The notes under the pieces are model-generated. The model saw only the letters and a list, made by a program, of their open reading frames with translations, was not told the DNA's origin and did not search any database. Made by a program: the position numbers and the translations under genes. From contig NC_042999.1 in NCBI RefSeq assembly GCF_006345805.1, forward strand, positions 156,488,001 to 156,552,000: a stretch of DNA of 64,000 nucleotides, given 5' to 3'. The first letter of the stretch is position 1. Every line of letters begins with the position of its first letter. This document shows, one piece after another, positions 1-12,177 of the stretch. This DNA comes from Octopus sinensis (lineage: Eukaryota).

Positions 1-1500
1 GATCTAATTGGACTCTTTCTCCTAGATACCTTCGGTAAGACATTCCCTAACGTACATTTCGCCATCTACAAAGATGATGCCCTCGCCTTAACAGCTAATA
101 CAATGGACCAGCACAAGATCGTTTTAGGAAGGATATTCCAGTTAATGAAACACTTCGGACTTAGTATAACTATAGACACTACCTGACGGTTGTCAATTTC
201 TTAGACGTTTCCTTAGATCTTAATAATATATTTATAAGCCTTATAGGAAGCCCAATGATAGACTAAGTTATATTAATGTAGGTTCATGCCATACCCCTAT
301 AATATTCAAAAATTTAGTTAAAAATTTAGTAAGAGGATTTCTAGCCTCTCATCTAATGAGGACATCTTCAATAGCGTTGCCCCAGTTTATAATAAAGCTT
401 TAAAAGATAGTGGTTTTAGCGAAAAAATAAAATATACACCTATCACCAGCCCAACAATAAGGAAAAGGAATAATAGAAATAGGAAGGTCATCTGGTTTAC
501 GCCCCCTTACTCACCCGAGGTGGCCTTCAATATAGGTAAATATTTCCTAGCACTGATAGATAGACATTTTCCAGTTAACCATGCTTATAGGAAACTCTTC
601 AATAGACACAATTTAAAAATTAGTTTTAGTTCAACTACCAATTTTAAAAACATAATCAATCATAACATACAAAAACACAAGAAGAAAACAGCTGTTCATG
701 CAGGAATAAAGAATTGTGCCCGCTAAATGGAGCTTGCATGTCCAAGACCATCATATATGAAGCTACCGTAAACTCTATAACCACTAAAGACACCGTTTCG
801 ACGAAGAAATACGTGGGCCTGACAGAGGGTAATTTCAAGGCCAGGTTCAATAACCACACTTTGAGCTTTAGGCACTGGAACAAAAGAAAAGCGACACAAT
901 TATCCAATCATATTTGGTCTTTAAGAGATAAAGGTGTCGATTATAACATACAATGGAAGATTTTGGCCAGATGTAAGCCCTATACTAACGGCAGCGGAAG
1001 GTGCGGTTTATGCGACATGGAGAGATGGCTTATCTGGAAAAGCAGCTTAGACCCTACCACATGTCTAAATACAAGGACAGAGCTTTTCGGATCATGCCCA
1101 CATGTGACTAAATTTCTGTTACGTTTTGGTCCCCTAAAGAAAACGGATAGAACATGCTTTCTGTGTTATGTCCCAAGAAGATTTTATATATTTTATATAT
1201 TTTATATATTTTTATGTATTTTTATATAATTTTTATGACGAAAAATGCGAGCGATGTATAAGTACGCAGGCAAAGCAGAGTTATAACAGAGTAATTTCCC
1301 TTCATTTTTAACGGTATTTTTTCATAACGTTTTCAAATAGCCAGATAACCGAAGAGATGGTGTTGTGGATTTCCACTTCGGCATCTGAAACTCAGAGTTT
1401 TATCTTGACTACCGAGTAATGTAACATATTGTATAGATAAATTTCCTCTATTTACATAATATTGAGGTCTCTTTCTTTCTTTTGTTATCTTACCGTTTTT
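1..1500 (+). mobile_element. Penelope-like retroelement (Neptune-type), 5' end outside the window: RT C-terminus, GIY-YIG endonuclease and 3' pseudo-LTR; frameshifted
   Basis: 1-520 translates to PLE RT motifs (HFAIYKDDAL, VNFLDVSLDL, KPYRKPND, YINVGSCH). 520-726 is the linker (LIDRHFP...LFNRHNLKISFS). 714-1229 has IIYEATV...KYVGLTEGNFKARFNNH, TQLSNHIW and C-x2-C (RCGLC). The ORFs are broken by frameshifts. An HHR-like motif follows in the 3' repeat. Confidence 0.9.
1343..1405 (+). ncRNA. Type I hammerhead ribozyme-like motif in the PLE pseudo-LTR (core variant CCGAAGA)
   Basis: Stem I AGATAA(1343-48)/TTATCT(1400-05); core CCGAAGA; stem II GATG/CATC; GAAA 1387-90; near-palindromic stem III ACTC-A-GAGT; triplet GUU. 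U4 is C and there is an extra U before GAAA. Confidence 0.6.
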
Positions 1501-2465
<965 letters not shown>

Positions 2466-2482
2466 TGTGGTGGTGTGTGTGT

Positions 2483-2753
2483 GGAGGTGCAATGGCCTAG
2501 TGGTTAGGGCAGCGGACTCGCGGTCGTAGGATCGCAGTTTCGATTCCCAGACCGGGCGTTGTGAGTGTTTATTGAGCGAAAACACCTAAAAGCTCCTAAA
2601 AGATCCCTGCTGTACTCTTTCACCACTCTTTCTCCCACTCTTTGGCCTGCTCACCTAGCCAGCGGGGTGGCGTCATTCGAAGGCTAAAACAATGCGAACG
2701 CATTGTGACCAGCGATGTGTAACTACATCTGATGGACAGGTCGGTCACGTGAT

Positions 2754-2760
<7 letters not shown>
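2483..2760 (+). mobile_element. tRNA-derived SINE, family C (short variant with an alternative 3' part)
   Basis: Head GGAGGTGCAATGGCCTAGTGGTTAGGGC (A box) and GTTTCGATTCCC (B box), shared with the copies at 3175, 23955 and 46213. Confidence 0.8.
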
Positions 2761-2807
<47 letters not shown>

Positions 2808-2934
2808 CTAAACATAAAGAAGCCCTCATCGACTATTTTATAACCATGTCAAATTAAACCACCTATCTAAATAAACTTTACGGGAATTAATAATTTATTG
2901 TGAAATTTACCCGTATCAATACTAGTATGTATTA

Positions 2935-3132
2935 CGGGAGAGTTTATGAAAAAAACAAAAGACGAAGACAGGTGGTGTACAAAACAAACAGATGTATTAG
3001 TATAACGCTCAGGAATAGAAAAAGTCTTTTACGTTTCGAGCCTACGCTCTTCTACAGAAAGGGACACAGAAAAAACAAGGAGAGAAACAAGGAGAGAAAA
3101 AAATGTGTGTAGTGGCTAACGATCTATCATGG
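2935..3132 (-). mobile_element. Short dispersed PLE pseudo-LTR-like repeat with an HHR-like fold (second copy about 44515-44710)
   Basis: Two similar copies (acaaaagacgaagacaggtggtgta...tgtgtgtagtggcta). The minus strand carries CTTT-CTGTAGA-A-GAGC-GTAG-GCTC-GAAA-CG-TA-AAAG at 3061-3026. Confidence 0.6.
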
Positions 3133-3174
3133 CAACTGGTATATATTACCATTATTATGTTACTAGTATATATT

Positions 3175-3556
3175 GGAGGCGCAATGGCCTAGTGGTTAGG
3201 GCAGCGGACTCGCGGTTGTAGGATCGCGGTTTCGATTCCCAGACAGGGCATTGTGAGTGTTTATTGAGCGAAAACACCTAAAGCTTCACAAGGCTCTTGC
3301 AGGGGGTGGTGGTGAACCCTGCTGTACTCTTTCACCACAACTTTCTCTCACTCTTACTTCCTGTTTCTGTTGTACCTGTATTTCAAAGGGCCAGCCTTGT
3401 CACACTCTGTGTCACGCTGAATCTCCTCGAGAACTACGTTAAGGGTACACGTGTCTGTGGAATGCTCAGCCACTTGCACGTTAATTCCACGAGCAAGCTG
3501 TTCCGTTGATCGTATCAGCTGGCACCCTCATCGTCGTAACCGACGGAGTGCTCCTA
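3175..3556 (+). mobile_element. tRNA-derived SINE, family C, full length
   Basis: A and B boxes; 11-bp TSD TAGTATATATT (3164-74 / 3557-67); co-linear with the minus copy at 23955-24336. Confidence 0.9.
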
Positions 3557-3947
3557 TAGTATATATTACCATTATTATGTCAAACGTAAGTTAATAGTCG
3601 ATGAGGGTTTCTTTATGTCAAACGTACTTTTCCATTGTGTTATGTCTTCATCAACCGCTATCATGTTGATTTAGTATTGATGTCTAACATTGTTGTAAGG
3701 TTATACAGTAGACTGGTGGCATGTAGCAGATTGAATTGATTACAATACTTGAGTAGCACTTATTCTATCGACTCCAGTGTTAAGGAACAGTAAAATTACC
3801 TCTGGTGGATGTAAATACAGTATATAAACAGACATAACTAAATATTGTATGGCATTCGTTTGGTGTCCTAATGATTCTGCTATTATCTACGTCCTTGCTG
3901 ATTTAATATAACCAATGTATTAATTTTATAAATTTATTTTATCTTAT

Positions 3948-4257
3948 ATTGGTTGGTTGGCATCCTTTTTGTCTCGGGAGACAATGGAGTTGCGCATAAA
4001 GTAGTCTAGTCCGGCTTTTACATTTCATGTCCTGATACATTTCCTGCTGTGGCTGTGTAGTCCTATCCTGGACAAACACTCCCTCTGGCAGGTACCGCAA
4101 ATGTAGCGAAGTCTGTTCCTGGCTGGTTGTAATGCCATAGTTTCTTGTTGACGTCTTTTCTTGTCTTTCCATTTCTCCTCTCTCTCTCTCTGTCACTCCT
4201 TTGTATTCCCTCTCTTACGGTACGTCGCCAGTCTCCACGGTTGCCGGTAACTGTCAA
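3948..4257 (-). mobile_element. 3' end of an RTE-clade LINE
   Basis: A minus frame gives YICGTCQRECLSRIGLHSHSRKC*, the RTE C-terminal Cys/His motif, then a short 3' UTR and a (CCAA)n tail. Confidence 0.85.
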
Positions 4258-4411
4258 ATCATTTAAAGTAGGTAACGTATACTAATATGTGACACAATTT
4301 CTACATTCTCTATACTGGTAGCGACAGCAGAATCTACATTCAGATGTAGTAGTATGAGAGAGTTCTTGAGAGAAATTCCTATTTTACTGTTTTATTAATT
4401 TTACATTTTAG

Positions 4412-4729
4412 GCGCACATTGGATGTATGAAATAACAAATATGATACTGGCAGGAAACAGTAAAAGAACGTCCGTTATAAAAGAAGATGTGATATTAGAT
4501 ATGGCACCGGTCGAAACTCTTGAATCAGTCAAATCTCCTCGACTCTTAAGCTCACATCTCTCTCTTGAGCTTATTCCCCCGGAATTGCTGCAGAATCACA
4601 AAATTATCTACGTGAACCGCAATCCGAAAGCAGTAATCCTTACATACTATAGGCATTTGAAACAGGCTAATACGTTTGAATACAACGGAGATTTTCCAAG
4701 CTATTTTGATCTTCATATGAAAGGAGAAG
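4412..4729 (+). CDS. Cytosolic sulfotransferase-family gene, internal coding exon A (upstream exon not found in the window)
   Basis: Acceptor ttttag|GC at 4411/4412 and donor G|gtatga at 4729/4730. Encodes (G)AHWMYEITNMIL...SPRLLSSHL...KIIYVNRNPKAVILTYY...FDLHMKGE, matching the SULT GTxW, PRxxKxHL and RNPKD motifs. Confidence 0.9.
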
Positions 4730-4744
4730 GTATGACTTTTAAAC

Positions 4745-4784
4745 TATTACAACAACAACATAAACAACAACAACAACAACAACA

Positions 4785-4825
<41 letters not shown>

Positions 4826-4860
4826 AACTACTACCACCACCACCACCACCACCACCACCA

Positions 4861-4899
<39 letters not shown>

Positions 4900-4980
4900 A
4901 ACTACTACCACCACCACCACCACCACACTACTACTACTACTACTACACTACTACTACTACTACTACTACCACCACTACTA
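4745..4980. repeat. Compound trinucleotide tract (CAA)n(CTA)n(CCA)n at the start of a SULT intron
   Basis: Direct inspection. Confidence 0.95.
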
Positions 4981-5019
4981 TCTCGCATATACAAGTGACC
5001 TCAGACAATGTACCTCAGA

Positions 5020-5450
5020 CAAGTTAAAAAGACATGAATTCTCACTTCAAACTGAGAATATTTAGCAAAACTATTGCAATGCAGATTGGGGTGAATAAGT
5101 GTATAGCTTAATTATAAAAAAACAGTCGAAAGGTTAAATCTGATGTTATAAACATACCACAAAACGATACTGGTAAATTACTGAAACTGAACGACGGATA
5201 AAATACCGGGGATGATAAGATAATGGAAAAAAAATGAGAAGGTCTCCAGAGTGGGGAAGGCATGTGTTAGGAGAGTACTTGAAACGAGGCTGATTGGAGG
5301 TAATGCCATCAAAGCAGAAGTTTTGAGAAGCCTAATTTTTCAAGAATGGTATTTAGACAGTGTGTTACATATCCCAGAGCCCCAATAATTGCAGGTACAA
5401 ACCTGAACTTGTAATCTGGACAGAATAACTGCAGATTTCTCAATAGTATG
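5020..5450. mobile_element. Decayed R4/Dong-like LINE fragments (RT piece on +, endonuclease C-terminus on -); boundaries approximate
   Basis: Minus frame LQLFCPDYKFRFVPAIIGALGYVTHCL resembles the R4-type RLE end; plus frame IAMQIGVNKC resembles the post-RT FGxxKC motif. Confidence 0.5.
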
Positions 5451-5515
5451 CATGTCTGCGTGTCTGCACACACGTACGTGTGTGTATGTGTATGTGTGTG
5501 TGCGCGCGCGTGTAT

Positions 5516-5749
5516 GTATTTCTTTACTACCCACAAGGGGCTAAACACAGAGAGCACAGACAAGGACAGACAAACGGATTAAGTCGATTACATCGACTCC
5601 AGTGCGTAACTTATACTTAATTTATCGACCCCGAAAAGATGAAAGGCAAAGTCAACCTCGGCTGAATTTGAATTCAGAACGTAACGGCAGACAACATACG
5701 GCTACGCATTTCGCCCGGCGTGCTAACGTTTCTGCCAGCTCGCCGCCTT
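5516..5749 (-). mobile_element. tRNA-derived SINE, family A
   Basis: Minus-strand head AAGGCGGCGAGCTGGCAGAAACGTTAG, B-box-like GAATTCAAATTC, tail CCCCTTGTGGGTAGTAAAGAAA. Confidence 0.9.
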
Positions 5750-5979
5750 GTATGTATAGGGATTCCGGTAGATCAATAGCTTGGCCAATGGTAAGCCGAG
5801 ACTGAAATACTGTTATCGATGCACGCATGCTGTTGATGCATTAACGTTACATTACAGCATCAGTTCTCAAGATAAGACATTTTGTAACCAATAAAAAAAC
5901 GATACTAAATATAATTTTTCATTTTAAATATCGAATTATTAAACAACTACATTCACCATTTATTCTGTCAAATTTTCAG

Positions 5980-6077
5980 TTCCTTATGGTGACTACTTTA
6001 AGCATACTCAGGAATTTTACACACGCTACCACGATAAACCTAATGTACTTAACGTAACTTACGAAGAAATGACAGCG
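5980..6077 (+). CDS. Sulfotransferase exon B
   Basis: ttttcag|TT...GCG|gtaatt, 98 nt. The phase matches exon A: (V)PYGDYFKHTQEFYTRYHDKPNVLNVTYEEMTA, equivalent to the SULT GSWFDH...YEDMK region. Confidence 0.9.
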
Positions 6078-6176
6078 GTAATTATGAATTGATTTGCGTA
6101 TTTTTAAAATTTTAATCTACCTTATTTAGCATGCTGATATTTCAGGTACTACCAAGAAAACGTTATTGAATAAACA

Positions 6177-6422
6177 TTTGCAGCGTGGAAGATGTTTATA
6201 GCCATTTAAGAAACATCTCAGATGCAGCACGGAATTTTGTCAGTGAACAGGTCGCGGTCTCAAAGCGACGAAAATATTTCGACAAATTAAACTTAAATGT
6301 TGAAGTGAATCCAATGGTTTTTGTGTGTTTCTTAAATGGCTTATAAACACCTTCCACGCTGCAATTGTTTTCGTTCCAGCACACGATCTAAGATCAGGTC
6401 ACTTGCTATGCAAGTACATTAC
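6177..6422. mobile_element. 246-bp insertion with a 16-bp direct repeat and an internal inverted repeat of about 38 bp
   Basis: CGTTATTGAATAAACA at 6161-76 and 6423-38; inverted repeat 6178-6216 / 6326-6364; partial related copy near 44750-44790. Confidence 0.7.
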
Positions 6423-6633
6423 CGTTATTGAATAAACAAGCTTTGATAAATTACGTGTTTGAACTCCTGTTGTATTGTCTCAGATTAAAATTGTATAAAA
6501 TTTCTTAGAAATTTACACTTTCGCTTGATTTCTTTTAAGGCTGTTATAAATTTAGAAAAATATAAATCGTAAAAACTTGATTCTCTAATGAGACTCTGTG
6601 AAATACATCGACTTCAACATTTCTTTTTAACAG

Positions 6634-6811
6634 GATCTGTCCAAAATAGTGTCACGTGTCGCTAAGTTCTTGGGGAAGACAGTCAGCGATGAACTTAGAG
6701 AGAGTATCGTTGAAATGTGTACGTTCGATAAAATGAAAGCTGACGAGAAAATACAGACAAACTATTATCCCGAAGACGGGTTCAAAGAAGGTGCTACTTA
6801 TTACCACTCTG
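6634..6811 (+). CDS. Sulfotransferase exon C
   Basis: ttttaacag|GAT...TCT G|gtaaat, 178 nt. DLSKIVSRVAKFLGKTVSDELRESIVEMCTFDKMK...TYYHSG matches the SULT IAxFLG...SFxxMK region. Confidence 0.9.
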
Positions 6812-8017
6812 GTAAATATATTATTTATACCCGTCTTATAAATTTTACTTCCAATAAATTAAAACAAAATTAACTTACCCCTTTGATTAATACATAAAAA
6901 TACCCCACTCCTACAACTGACAGGCTATACCACCCACCTCCAAGGTAAACTATTCATGTATAAATGCAATATCAGTTCTTCATTTCTTTATTTGAAAATA
7001 CCCAGGTCGGGATAAAACGATTGACATTGACCATTCCAATTCCCAAAATAAATCTTTACTTAACCCTGTATTTCTTCGAAGACCCTAATTAATTTTCTGA
7101 ATATACAAAGATGCGCGCGTGTGTGTGTGTGTGTGTGTGGTGTGTGTGTGTGTGTGTGTGTGTATGCATGTGTATGCATGTATGCATGTGTATGCATGCA
7201 TGCATGTATGTATGCAAGCATTCATGTATGAACTAACGAGAACTAGGAGTCCTTCATTCTCAGTGGTTCACATGCTATTGGTATGTGAATCCATAGTTGA
7301 AACCTTAACAGGTGTTACCACTCTGGATCAGAGTAGACCTGGGAACAACATTGGCTAAGAGGTGGTTCTACGCTCCCCAAAACCTTGGAACTTTCGCACC
7401 AGACCCATTAACTGAAAACAGTCTAAAGTCGTATCCAAGAGAAGGTAAACTTGTATAAAAGAAAAAGGTGAAGTGCAGCTGGCTTCTGGTTATCTCAACC
7501 TCTGTTGTGCCATTAGATTCATAGCTGATTGCGCTGAAAAGTGGGTTCAGTGCTGTGCAACTCTTTATCTATTGAAAACAAATTCACGCACAGAAACTTC
7601 TTGGAACTCTCGAAACATTTGCACAAACTTACTCAGTTTAGGAAGTGGTGTTACTCGTTCATGAGTTGACTTCCACCATGTATGTATGTTCTCAGAAATA
7701 CTGCAAATAATCAAAATTAGAAGGGAACATCTGAACATCTATTCTCATTTATGTGAATGAAGTCTTCCTGTAAGGAAGGAGCACGCTTCTAACAAAGATG
7801 CAAAGCTCTATTGATGGTATGTAGATAAACAATGCTAGTCTTAAACTTGAGGATAATCTTAGATAAATTACTGTTATAATGTACGTATAGGCTATTTTAT
7901 TTCCTTTTCTGAAAAAAACCCACCAGCTTATCTAGGTTGTCATTTAGGTACTTACTCACTAAACATAGTGCACTAATTATTTTATTGGCATAAACGTGAA
8001 TTTATAATCTGTATATA

Positions 8018-8533
8018 GAAACTGAGGATTTCGAAGCAGTTGTCAGTAGTAATCCTCTTCCTCGTTGATTTTTGAAGAGATTCTCTATCTTTAGCTCACT
8101 CTCTCCCGCATACATATAACCAAAAATAAAAAGAAAGAAAAACTGCTTTGCGAACTTTATTATAGACAAAAGAAAGAAAAATATTTACATTTTTATCAAA
8201 ATATGCTACCGGTTTCAATCATTTTGAAAGACAATTTAGTCATGTTGTAATAAAAGGGAAAATGAAATGAAATGAAACTGAGGATTTCGAAGCAGTTGTC
8301 AGTAGTAATCCTCTTCCTCGTTGATTTTTGAAGAGATTCTCTCTCTTTATCTCACTCTCTCCCACATACATATAACCAAAAATAAAAAGAAAGAAAAACT
8401 GCTTTGCGAACTTTATTATAGACAAATGAAAGAAAAATATATACATTTTTATCAAAATATGCTACCGGTTTCAATCATTTTGAAAGACAATTTAGTCATG
8501 TTGTAATAGAAGGGAAAATGAAATGAAATGAAA
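8018..8533. repeat. Tandem duplication of a 256-bp unit, two copies, in a SULT intron
   Basis: 8018-8273 and 8274-8533 are near-identical. Confidence 0.95.
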
Positions 8534-9491
8534 GTAATCTTTCATGATATCAGTTCTCGAATTTCACTTGTTATTCTTACAATATTCACATGCTGCTGGT
8601 AGTTGGCTAGCTTCTAATTGCTGGTGGTTTGTGGTAACAGTTGTAGTAACAATTACAACAATCGTAGTTATCCTTTGTCATTAAAGATTGGCTGTTAGTA
8701 GTAGTAACAACAGCATACTTGTAGCGGTAGTAGTCGTGGTAGAGGCTCTATCAGACAGACTGATGCAACAGTAGCAGCTTCAGCAATAGTTGTAGCAATG
8801 GTAGTAGTGTACCTTGCAGCAGTAGTAGCAGTACCATCAGATGTGCAGCAGCAGCATCACTAGTTTTACTTGTTGTATCCCCTTCTCTTCCACAGCTATT
8901 TAGAAGTGGTTGGTATTTCGTTATGAAATTTGTTTCTTTATTGATGCTTTGTTGTTATGCAATTGCTAAATTGATAAACTAATATCGTGAAACTTGGTTC
9001 TTTCATATCTAAACAGTTGTCAATATGTTTACTGAGTCTTATTTTGTAAATTTTTGAATTTACATCGTTAAGTTCACATCGATTATTACCTATAATTCGC
9101 TTAGGATTCCTCAAAACAATATAGCCGTATGAATGGGCATTTTTTAATGAATAGTGCAACAACTGTTCTTTGATCATGTTTTGATAAAGTCAAATGGTGC
9201 TTACTATCTGCTGGCATGCAGGAATGTCCTATCACTACCAGCCTTGATAAATTGCGTTGCTAAGTTTAATGAGATCGTTGGAACAAAAGCGATTTTAACT
9301 GCTCTTCAATTTACATAGTTAATCTGATATCCACTCCGATTGATCGACAGATTGTAGCTTTACCTGCTTGACATTTTTGAATGTCGGTAATTCTGCTGTA
9401 TGTATGTATGTATGTATGTATGTATGTATGTATGTATGTATGTATGTATATGTATGTACATAGGTATACATGTTTACGTGTATAATGTATA

Positions 9492-9888
9492 TCTTTATAT
9501 ATAAAAGTAAGGTTGTGTGTCTGTCTCCTGCGATTTAGATTCCTAACTACTCCCACATTTTACGGTGCAGTTTAACCAAAACCGGGTATCTTATAGTCGT
9601 GATTCATATCGAGCCCTTCTGGGTATTAGCGCGCGTCTACGATGAGTCTACGATTTTAAAAATAATTTACCATCATTTTTTTCCATTTTAATGCATTTTT
9701 TCGCTATTATATAAGGGAAGTAACTCTCTAAAAATGTCTACGATGAGTCAACGATTTAAAAAAAATTTACCATAATTTTTTTTTCCATTTTAATGCATTT
9801 TTTTGCTATTTTTTGGCTATAACTCTCTAAAAATGCTTATATAGTTATTTCCCTTACAAACCCGAGCAACGCCGGGCGATACTGCTAG
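9492..9888 (+). mobile_element. Non-autonomous Helitron (397 bp)
   Basis: 5' TC, subterminal hairpin CCCGAGCAACGCCGGG, 3' CTAG, inserted between A and T with no TSD; near-identical inverted copy at 28393-28790. Confidence 0.9.
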
Positions 9889-10007
9889 TCTTTAATACAA
9901 AGACTGGCAGAAAACCGCCTGGAGTGAGGTGTTTCTGGCAATTCCTATGACTATATACCTACAGAAAATTGACGCGCAATATATTTTTATTTCTATTACA
10001 TTTTCAG

Positions 10008-10114
10008 GTAAATTGGACACATGGAAGAAATGGCTGACGGTAGAACAAAGTGAAAGAGTAGATGCCCGGGTCCAAACTGAATTTTCCGAACAGGGAATAA
10101 AACTTAATATTTGA
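10008..10114 (+). CDS. Sulfotransferase terminal exon D
   Basis: ttttcag|GT completes the Gly codon; GKLDTWKKWLTVEQSERVDARVQTEFSEQGIKLNI*, equivalent to the SULT GDWKNxFTxEQxExFD tail. Confidence 0.9.
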
Positions 10115-10197
10115 TTAATGCCTCGTTGGTTTATGTTAGAATTTGGTATTATGTCATCGAAATTTGAAGCTAAATGCGAGTGTTTGTGTGGCTGCTG

Positions 10198-10227
10198 AAT
10201 AAAAATTTCATTTGAGTATTGAATAAA
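10198..10227 (+). promoter_or_regulatory. Candidate polyadenylation signals of the sulfotransferase gene
   Basis: AATAAA at 10198-10203 and 10222-10227, about 85-110 nt after the stop; common by chance in AT-rich DNA. Confidence 0.35.
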
Positions 10228-10399
10228 GCAGAAATTATAATAATTATAATTATGTTTCTTCCTGATTGACTAAGAACGATAAAAAAAAATGTTAATACCC
10301 AACGTGTTTGGATTCTGAGAAGGCAGATCAAACGGGATTTCTTTTATTGGCTTAGAATGATGCCTCACATTAGCTCACTCCCTCCACCAAATTGAGGTT

Positions 10400-10559
10400 A
10401 TCTAAGCAGGTGCACAGTGTACGACGCGTTAAGCGTCGAAGTGACCGCAGAGCAACATGAGATGAAGTGTTTTGCTCAAGAACACAACGCACCACCTGGT
10501 CTAGGAAATGAACTTACGCTTGTGATTGCAGCGCCCCAACCACTAGGCTATGTGCGCCC
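10400..10559 (-). mobile_element. tRNA-derived SINE fragment (family C-related central domain); boundaries approximate
   Basis: Minus strand reads GGGCGCACATAGCCTAGTGG...GTTGTGTTCTTGAGCAAAACACTTCATCTC. Confidence 0.65.
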
Positions 10560-10582
10560 TCACACACACACGCGCGAGCGCA

Positions 10583-11465
<883 letters not shown>

Positions 11466-12177
11466 GAAATATCTAAAAGAATAAACGAGTATATATCGGT
11501 AGGTACTGGGGAAACTCTCTTCTTCGATAAAGTCCCTGGGCTCAGAAGAATGTATATAATGTCGTATATATAGATATACACAGTTGCTATATGTATTGTG
11601 ATTCCAAACTGTGTAACTCTACATTTTTTAAATATATATTTCAATTGTTTTATATCTAACCATATTTCAATGAAACAATATTACGGCGTCCTTAAGACAA
11701 TCAACCAAAGTTTTAGTGTAAATAATGTAAGGGAGATTACTCTAAAGTCTAGTTATTAAAATTGTCGTTCTTCGCTTATTAAGCGAAAGCTAGCTCTCAC
11801 TTCAAAATCGAATCTGTTCCCCTAGTCCAGGGGTGGGAAAACTTTTTAGTGCGGAGGGCAAAAGCTTATAAAGAAAGAGGTCCACGGGCGGACTCTTATA
11901 CCTGTGTAGATCTTGTATATATCTATGTATAATTCGATATACATTAATAAAGATAAGTTTAACATTAAATTAACGCGTAACATCTTCATTAACGCCGCCA
12001 CTGAATTTAGGCCATTAATATTACTTATGAAGTTTCTATATTTTTCAGTTAGAGTGTTGTTGGGTCTCAAGAGGATGGTCCAAAATTTGCGATATGTGTT
12101 TTATTATATGGAAAAATGCGAGCAAGAGAAATAATATTCTTAAGATTATAAACCTGGAAAAGTACAGGACAAGTTAT

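Noticed and set aside
3175-3250. tRNA genes at SINE heads
   Set aside because: A and B boxes continue into SINE bodies with tails and TSDs; no complete cloverleaf.
4423-4998. 191-aa ORF read as a single-exon protein with a homopolymer tail
   Set aside because: SULT similarity ends at a canonical donor (4729/4730) and continues in phase in exon 5980-6077.
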